Positions 57,767 through 64,000 of a DNA stretch of 64,000 nucleotides are shown one piece after another. This DNA comes from a phage, in the NCBI GenBank assembly GCA_025829515.1, contig GCA_025829515.1_4865.1, one strand, 5' to 3'. The notes beneath the pieces are model-generated. The model saw only the letters and a list, made by a program, of their open reading frames with translations. It did not search any database and was not told where the DNA came from. The first letter of the stretch is position 1; each line of letters begins with the position of its first letter. The translations under genes were made by a program, and so were the position numbers.

Positions 57767-59812
57767 TTAGCTCTCCCGACGGTAAACTTTGATAGTGGTG
57801 TTGAACTGGGTGAGCAGCACACCGCCTTCAGCGATCAGGTCCAGCGTCACAGAGTAACCATTGGATTTATCGTCTGCAGTGAAGTACGCCTTCGGAGTGA
57901 CGACAGCAACGTTATCGAGACGGCCTTCCAGACGTTCGATAATTTTGTTCTCAATCATCTTCGCACGTTCATCATCCGTCATGGCCGCTTCGCCAGACAT
58001 GTCCGCCCATACACGGTCGGAAACACGATAGACGTAGGTCATCATGAAGTTGAACAGGGCGTTGTTCAGTACAGAACGATCTTCGCTGTAGATTGACTGA
58101 ATCGCCGGAATGAACAAGCGATAGTAGTCGTAGGAACGGGCAGTGATCAGCGACACATCCCAGTCAGACGCATACACTTCGTTGCCTTTCCACGGCATAC
58201 TCAGGTCAGTCAGATCTTCGATAATCGTCAGTTCGCCACGGCTGAAACGATAAGCCGGTTTTGCACGACCGTCGCCTGCACCCAGGTACTTCGAGAAGAA
58301 GTTCGCCAGGGAGTAGTTCATCGGAACAGGCTTCTTGTAGGAAGAGTTCTTGATGAACGCCGATTGGCCGGTGACCATACCACGTGCAGCCGGAGTGCCG
58401 TAATAGGCAGATTCCGGTACCGCTGTGATCAATTCGATCAGGGCGATTTTTGCACTTTCTTCTGTCTGCTCATCGTTACGGCCTTGGCTGTAAACGTGAG
58501 TCGCCAGCGTCAAGAAGGTGTTACGTGAACGACCGATGAAGTTCACGAGCGCAGCTTTAGTATCGAAGCTAAAGCCAGAGTCCCAGAAACAACCCAGCGA
58601 GTATTTCAGCTCGTTGTCGTAACGGACTTTACCGCCATCCGGGAACAGCAGCATTTCACGGCGAACGAGTTCGTCGTAAACGTCGTTGTTCATGGTACCA
58701 TCGCTACCACCTTGCAGGTAGTGGATGTTGGATGCGGAGAACACAACTTTACCGGTTTCAGTAGCCGGGTTTACCTGAAGACCATCGTAAGGCTGGCCCA
58801 GTAAATCATAGCCGCCAAAGATGTCAACCATATACGGGTCAGCAGGCGCATCAGTTGTGATAGCGGCCTGAGCCAAGCCCAGTACAGTTTCCAGGTTCTC
58901 GCGATACAGATAGAACTGCTCGAAAGGACCATAATCTGGCAGCTCGCCAATGTCAGGCATCGTCTGACGATATGCATCCGCAACAACAACTTCGAAGTCG
59001 AGTTGCGTTCTCATCGGCTGATAGTATGCATCGGGCTTAAAGCTAAAATTGATGCTACTCATGCCAGTGAGAGTTTTCCACACTACCGGAGAAGTCACAC
59101 CTGCCAGGGTTTCGAACCATTGCAGGGTGTAAACACGACCACCGACTTCATTTTGATAGGAGGAGGTCAGTGCCGGGCTGGATTTCTCGCTGAGTGGGAT
59201 CAGTTTGAAACCGAAACCGTTGACGTCAGCACCCGCATACGGGCCTGCGATATCGAACAACGGATACAGCTTCGATTTCGTGCCGCCTTCGCCAGTCATC
59301 GTCCCCTCGATAACCACACCTGCGCCGATGGCCGGGGTAGTTTCGTCGATTACGACAGAACGGAAGACGATTACCAAACCGTCAACTTGTTCTTTGATCT
59401 TGGGCTTGCCCGAGTTGTCGTACTGAACGATCCCGTTGCTGTCGCGTTCGTAGGACGGAACTTTCGTTTCGAGTACGTCGGCGAATACGCGAACACTTGC
59501 GGTTTTCGCATCTTCAGGGATCAAGCGCTGATACATACACTCGTTTGCGTTAGCGTTGAACATCGCCTGATAGGGCGTGTTGAACGTCGCGTAGGGGCCT
59601 CGCAAGTCAAAGACATTGCGACCAAGCAGAGACAGTGCATTATCCCCGGTTAACGGGAACGCCTCGTTGTCTACCCCGCGCGCGGCAAAGGTGAAGATCA
59701 GCGGCTTATGAATTGCGTCACCCGTAGGGGTACGCACAAGCTCGGGGACAGAGTTATCCTGCCAACCTTGCTTGTTATTCAACGGCGCGCCGTTTCGTGG
59801 AATAAAAGTCAT
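57767..59812 (-). CDS. hypothetical structural-block protein (tail sheath or capsid candidate, by size and order only)
   Basis: 681-aa minus-strand ORF in a two-gene unit ending at a strong terminator. Confidence 0.6.
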   Translation of the reverse strand: MTFIPRNGAPLNNKQGWQDNSVPELVRTPTGDAIHKPLIFTFAARGVDNEAFPLTGDNALSLLGRNVFDLRGPYATFNTPYQAMFNANANECMYQRLIPEDAKTASVRVFADVLETKVPSYERDSNGIVQYDNSGKPKIKEQVDGLVIVFRSVVIDETTPAIGAGVVIEGTMTGEGGTKSKLYPLFDIAGPYAGADVNGFGFKLIPLSEKSSPALTSSYQNEVGGRVYTLQWFETLAGVTSPVVWKTLTGMSSINFSFKPDAYYQPMRTQLDFEVVVADAYRQTMPDIGELPDYGPFEQFYLYRENLETVLGLAQAAITTDAPADPYMVDIFGGYDLLGQPYDGLQVNPATETGKVVFSASNIHYLQGGSDGTMNNDVYDELVRREMLLFPDGGKVRYDNELKYSLGCFWDSGFSFDTKAALVNFIGRSRNTFLTLATHVYSQGRNDEQTEESAKIALIELITAVPESAYYGTPAARGMVTGQSAFIKNSSYKKPVPMNYSLANFFSKYLGAGDGRAKPAYRFSRGELTIIEDLTDLSMPWKGNEVYASDWDVSLITARSYDYYRLFIPAIQSIYSEDRSVLNNALFNFMMTYVYRVSDRVWADMSGEAAMTDDERAKMIENKIIERLEGRLDNVAVVTPKAYFTADDKSNGYSVTLDLIAEGGVLLTQFNTTIKVYRRES

Positions 59813-59869
59813 GGAACGTCTCCATATATTCGTCTTAAAGACCTGATGGTCATACTAAGGATCATACTC

Positions 59870-60775
59870 ATGGCACTCGAAAACGCTTACAGCGGTAATC
59901 CCTTTAATGCACTTGACCTTACTCGCACCAAGGCAGACCTGGAATTAGCCCGTAAACTTAACCAAACTGTCTCACAGTCCGATGAAGTTCATTACGTTGT
60001 TGAGACCGCTGATGTAAAACCGTTTCCTTTGCCGATTGTTATCGGCGACGACGTTTATGTATACGCAGCCACGTTTACCACGCTGGATAAGACCAACGAG
60101 CTAAAAATACGAAACCCAGTCGAACACGCATTGCGTCTCGACCAGGCTCGCTGGGAATTGGTGTGGAAACGGAGTAATGGTAAGCTTGCTGCACTGATGG
60201 CACAGATGCCCTACCACCATGAGATTTTCAGCAAATGGGTGTCGGATGCGATTACCCACACGTTTGCACTTGCTCCATATCAAAGTGGGCAAATCAAAGC
60301 GTTGGCTGCATTGTTCTCTGTGGGACAGTTCTATAATCACGTCGAAGATGATGTGAAAGCTTTACGTTTGCAGCAGATGCTGGAGCAACAATTAGGCTTA
60401 CCTGCGGAACTGTTTGAATCAGTGACAGGCCACACAGAATATCTTTTCCCGCGTAATATCGCAGAATTCGTCGAAATGGTGCAGGCTGCAGATATCACTC
60501 CGCGGGTGCGTGACCTGAGCATTCTGTCTCTGCAGCAGATGTTGAATACCAGCTTCTTCGGGGTGAGTTATGAAAAACAACTCGCTACTAGCGCCATCGA
60601 ATATCCGCCTAGTCTCTTCGTTATGATTAAGGCTTGTCTGGATAATAACATGTTTAACCGCAGTCGGTTAGGTGGGATTGTGAAGAAGTCAGACACCGCT
60701 AAGAAACGCGATAAGTTTGAATTCACCTACAACCTTCTGATGAATCAAAACACCAAACCACTGAACATCAAGTAA
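59870..60775 (+). CDS. hypothetical protein
   Basis: ATG 59870 with AAGGA ribosome-binding site (track start 59708 would overlap the minus-strand gene). Confidence 0.55.
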   Translation: MALENAYSGNPFNALDLTRTKADLELARKLNQTVSQSDEVHYVVETADVKPFPLPIVIGDDVYVYAATFTTLDKTNELKIRNPVEHALRLDQARWELVWKRSNGKLAALMAQMPYHHEIFSKWVSDAITHTFALAPYQSGQIKALAALFSVGQFYNHVEDDVKALRLQQMLEQQLGLPAELFESVTGHTEYLFPRNIAEFVEMVQAADITPRVRDLSILSLQQMLNTSFFGVSYEKQLATSAIEYPPSLFVMIKACLDNNMFNRSRLGGIVKKSDTAKKRDKFEFTYNLLMNQNTKPLNIK

Positions 60776-60785
60776 GAGGCCCACT

Positions 60786-63299
60786 ATGGAGAACTGGCTG
60801 GTCGCTCACGCCGTTAAAAATGCGTGGCAGCGTCCGTACCTCGATGGGGTGTTGAACATTGCGCCTTTTCGATTAACTGAAAAGACCGGAGCGATCGGGT
60901 TTTTCAAGCACGGGCGTAATCCGATTCCTTTACCTGGCGAGGGGTGGTGGCACGCGTTTGTAATTGACAAGCTCCACCTCAACTACGGCAACTTGAGTAT
61001 CCCTCCTGAGCGCTGGAAGAAACTTACTACGTGTGTAAATAACTTCCATGCGTGGATGCAGGTGTACAACGAAGATGGGACAATTATCCCGTCGAACTCT
61101 GTGTATTTCTGGCGGACACTCTCTGGTCAGATTTACATGGCGATTCCGCAAACGGAACGCTACAAGTGGTTAGACGACACGCCGTGTTATCTACGCATTT
61201 ATGCTGGTAATGATGGCGGCGAAAACGCTCCTGTTGTTAAACCGACGTTCATCGAACCGTATAATCCGCCGAACCCACAACAGATCCAGATCGTCTTAGA
61301 CCGTTATAATCTGTTGAAAGGCCAGAAAATCGGCTATGTCGATTTCTGGGTAAACGGAAAGATGATTGCTGATCCTAAGCCCGCGGATATCAAAGCATGG
61401 GATGATGTTGAAATTCGTGTCGACGGTCGCATTCGTCGTGTAATTGAATACCGTTGTGGGGATTTGCAAACGTTCTACTCAACGCTTGACCAAACACGAA
61501 AATACCTGCTGCACATTCCAAAAGGGGATGGCATTTGGATTTTCAACAACGACTGTGAAATTCAGTTGTTGTGGAAAGGCGAAGGGCGTTACTACCACCG
61601 CCACCGACATCAAGCCGTGCGTCAGCTGACGTGGAACGATATATCGATTCCTTCGATGAGGATTTCGAAATACCGCACTGCTTTCACTAACCCAATGAAC
61701 GATATCGATGATTTGACGATTCGTTTATTGATACGTGACGATTTCCTTGACCTGAAGCCGCTGTATAACTCTACCCACACACATGACCTGTATCGTCTTG
61801 ACGATGAACAGATCATCGGTGCGATGGTGGGGGCAAACTCCAACGTACCAGAGTGGACCGCAGCAGCGCTCGAGGAATCGGCAGCGAATCGGTTAGCGGC
61901 AGCCAAACTCCGGAACATCACACGCGATCTCTGCACTGATGCGTACGGCTACAATGCCGCCGCACGTTACAGTGCCGACACTCCACAGCGTCTGGAACTT
62001 ACATCTGGTGGCTATCGCGGTACTTTGCCTGACTTACTGGCAACGCTGTCAACTGTATACGAGTACGATGCCGATGGGTTGCTGTTAGAACATCACCGTA
62101 ATGCAGGCTACGATGTTTACATCCCTCGCAATCCAGAAGCACGAATCATCGAGGCTATTGCGGGTGAAGTCTCGGATGCGGTGAAGATTGTTGACAACGC
62201 TCCCGACTTTGAAATTGAGCCAGGTTCAAACGTTGGGTTGTGGATTCGAATGGTCATCGGGGAAGTTCCAACCAACGACTACTACAAAGCCGAGGAAGGA
62301 ACGGATTATACTCGCGACGGAAATAAAATCACCTGGACCGTAGATCGGACACGACGTCACCCGACAGTGATTTACGACGACTTCCATCTGTTCTTCGAAG
62401 TGGATGTTAAGGTGTCGGAAGGTCAGATACGTATTCCGATTGTAGCACGCAACCAAGACGGGCAGCAGCGCACGCTGTGGCTACCGATGGAAACGGTTGA
62501 AGTGTGGTTGAACAACCACCCACTGGTGCACGGTATCGATTACCACACCCGCTGGCCGGAAATTGTGGTGGTTTGTAAAGCGTGGATGGCGGACGGGGAT
62601 ACAAATAAAGTCTCGGTGCGTTGTCGTGGCGTGACCGGTGAACTCCGTATTCCTAAACATGGTTTCGTGTCAAGCGGACTGCTGTCTAATAACAGCCAGT
62701 TTGATTGCCGTGACGACAAAGTGATTCGTGTCGTGGGTGGCGGTTCACTGCTATTGCGTGACGAAGTCGTGTTCCGTGAAGACAACACTGTAGGTGTTGA
62801 CATCGTGCAAGACGGGTTCCCATACTCGGTCGACGATCCGACTATTCCGTTGCGGACGCTGGTAAGCGGCGATACGTACGACTTGCGCGACACTGCCCGT
62901 GATTTGGACACACGCGTCGAGGCTTACCTGTCTAACTGGTTCCCGACACCTCCGCCGGTTAACCCGGTACCGTTGCCGTATCTGTATCACCTCTATTCGC
63001 CAACCCTGAACAAAATCTTGTGGGACTACTTGCAAGGTATTCTGATTCTGCGGGAAGACGATCCGGAGTATCGTATCTCGACGTCACAGCTGGATGACAT
63101 CATGGAGCGTTATAAAGACCTCCTGCCGTTTGACCCGGCCTATATCGGTTACGATAAAGCGTTTGTGAAACTGCATCCGCATGTGAAGTACGAAACGGTA
63201 GAAATCAACGAACTTGGCTTTGCCTTCTTAGACCGCGTCAATGAACGTTATCTGAATGGCGAAGTGCAGCTTAATCAGTATCTGATAATCAAGGGTTAA
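60786..63299 (+). CDS. large hypothetical protein (837 aa)
   Basis: Long ORF with AGAGG ribosome-binding site. Confidence 0.6.
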   Translation: MENWLVAHAVKNAWQRPYLDGVLNIAPFRLTEKTGAIGFFKHGRNPIPLPGEGWWHAFVIDKLHLNYGNLSIPPERWKKLTTCVNNFHAWMQVYNEDGTIIPSNSVYFWRTLSGQIYMAIPQTERYKWLDDTPCYLRIYAGNDGGENAPVVKPTFIEPYNPPNPQQIQIVLDRYNLLKGQKIGYVDFWVNGKMIADPKPADIKAWDDVEIRVDGRIRRVIEYRCGDLQTFYSTLDQTRKYLLHIPKGDGIWIFNNDCEIQLLWKGEGRYYHRHRHQAVRQLTWNDISIPSMRISKYRTAFTNPMNDIDDLTIRLLIRDDFLDLKPLYNSTHTHDLYRLDDEQIIGAMVGANSNVPEWTAAALEESAANRLAAAKLRNITRDLCTDAYGYNAAARYSADTPQRLELTSGGYRGTLPDLLATLSTVYEYDADGLLLEHHRNAGYDVYIPRNPEARIIEAIAGEVSDAVKIVDNAPDFEIEPGSNVGLWIRMVIGEVPTNDYYKAEEGTDYTRDGNKITWTVDRTRRHPTVIYDDFHLFFEVDVKVSEGQIRIPIVARNQDGQQRTLWLPMETVEVWLNNHPLVHGIDYHTRWPEIVVVCKAWMADGDTNKVSVRCRGVTGELRIPKHGFVSSGLLSNNSQFDCRDDKVIRVVGGGSLLLRDEVVFREDNTVGVDIVQDGFPYSVDDPTIPLRTLVSGDTYDLRDTARDLDTRVEAYLSNWFPTPPPVNPVPLPYLYHLYSPTLNKILWDYLQGILILREDDPEYRISTSQLDDIMERYKDLLPFDPAYIGYDKAFVKLHPHVKYETVEINELGFAFLDRVNERYLNGEVQLNQYLIIKG

Positions 63300-63301
63300 T
63301 C

Positions 63302-64000
63302 ATGGCGAAGATTGCGTCCAAATTAATCGACAAGGATCGCGGGTTCGAAGTCTGGGACCCGAGTGAATTGTACGAACCAAACAAACCAACAGGTTACGTA
63401 CCTAACCCACGTGACCTTATCGTGAACGACATGACCTCCGGCTTTGACCGCGTGGTTAGCGTAAACTATTCGGTACCGTCGTGGGAAACAGAACCGTTCG
63501 GTGGCGTTGGTGTGGCAAACCAAGACGGGCGTCTTAATGGTCACTACCCACTACGCTCTGACAGATATCGCGTCTACGTGGACAGCACCAAACTTCCACC
63601 GACGATGGTTATCGATGATGCCGTCACTTTCAACGGTCCCGATATCGACGGTGTGCGTATCCTGCGTGGGTCATCTGTAAACGATGATGCGGAAATCCTG
63701 TCTGGTTATTACAAAGACGGGGTTCTGAAAAAGAACTATCTGCCGGTGCAGACTATCAGTGCGGCTGACGCAGAAACTGTGGTGAAACAAGCGATTCCTG
63801 GGAGCTGTCTGGCTGAAGTCAGTAACGGTGAAGAGTGTACTTTCCTGGTTTACTCCGACACCGGTAACGTTGTTCAGATCGCCCACGGTCACATCATCAA
63901 GACCAATCTGGTGATGGCGCAAGAGACTCCGTCTCGCACTGTGCTAGGTATTAAACTGGTTTCACCGTTCCTGGTAGACGACAATGGTACTACGCTGACG
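63302..64000 (+). CDS. hypothetical protein, 3' end outside the window
   Basis: ATG 63302 after AAGGG; my manual translation stays open to the window end (not in the ORF track). Confidence 0.5.
   Translation, partial: MAKIASKLIDKDRGFEVWDPSELYEPNKPTGYVPNPRDLIVNDMTSGFDRVVSVNYSVPSWETEPFGGVGVANQDGRLNGHYPLRSDRYRVYVDSTKLPPTMVIDDAVTFNGPDIDGVRILRGSSVNDDAEILSGYYKDGVLKKNYLPVQTISAADAETVVKQAIPGSCLAEVSNGEECTFLVYSDTGNVVQIAHGHIIKTNLVMAQETPSRTVLGIKLVSPFLVDDNGTTLT

Noticed and set aside
59708-59869. Track start at 59708 for the gene ending at 60775
   Set aside because: It would overlap the 5' end of the minus-strand 681-aa gene by about 100 nt; ATG 59870 with an AAGGA ribosome-binding site is preferred.
1-64000. 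CRISPR array, tRNA or rRNA genes
   Set aside because: No regularly spaced direct repeats seen; non-coding gaps are all under 150 bp and none shows tRNA-like motifs such as GTTCGA T-loop context.
1-64000. PhuZ-like tubulin, searched for because of the chimallivirus hypothesis
   Set aside because: No ORF product contains the tubulin GGGTGSG signature; if present in this phage it lies outside the window.
1-64000. Integrase, transposase or other mobile-element hallmarks
   Set aside because: No recombinase motifs or terminal inverted repeats noticed; the window looks like contiguous lytic phage genome.

Overview
This 64 kb window looks like a segment of a large (jumbo) tailed phage genome, most likely a phiKZ-like chimallivirus of an enterobacterial host; it does not look like bacterial chromosome. 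Genes are densely packed, mostly on the + strand, with five minus-strand blocks (8222-10235, 17073-17828, 21394-21864, 32978-42944, 56888-59812) bounded by symmetric hairpin terminators. Calls I can support from sequence: a Rad50/SbcC-like ATPase with a CPQC zinc hook (5' truncated), a thymidylate synthase with a host-like core and two insertions, an RNase H fusion protein, a DEDDh exonuclease, a macro-domain-like protein, an HD-domain protein, a HAD-type nucleotidase-like protein, a secreted lytic transglycosylase, a 2373-aa virion protein with a C-terminal lytic transglycosylase domain, and adjacent genes with RNA polymerase beta-prime-like and beta-like motifs. I found no tRNA, rRNA, CRISPR array, integrase or transposase. 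The candidates for something undescribed are a conserved ~30 bp promoter-like element, a cassette of five overlapping small transmembrane peptide genes, and small strongly acidic proteins placed just before terminators. None can be confirmed without database searches or experiments, and most hypothetical ORFs are called on context and ribosome-binding sites only.
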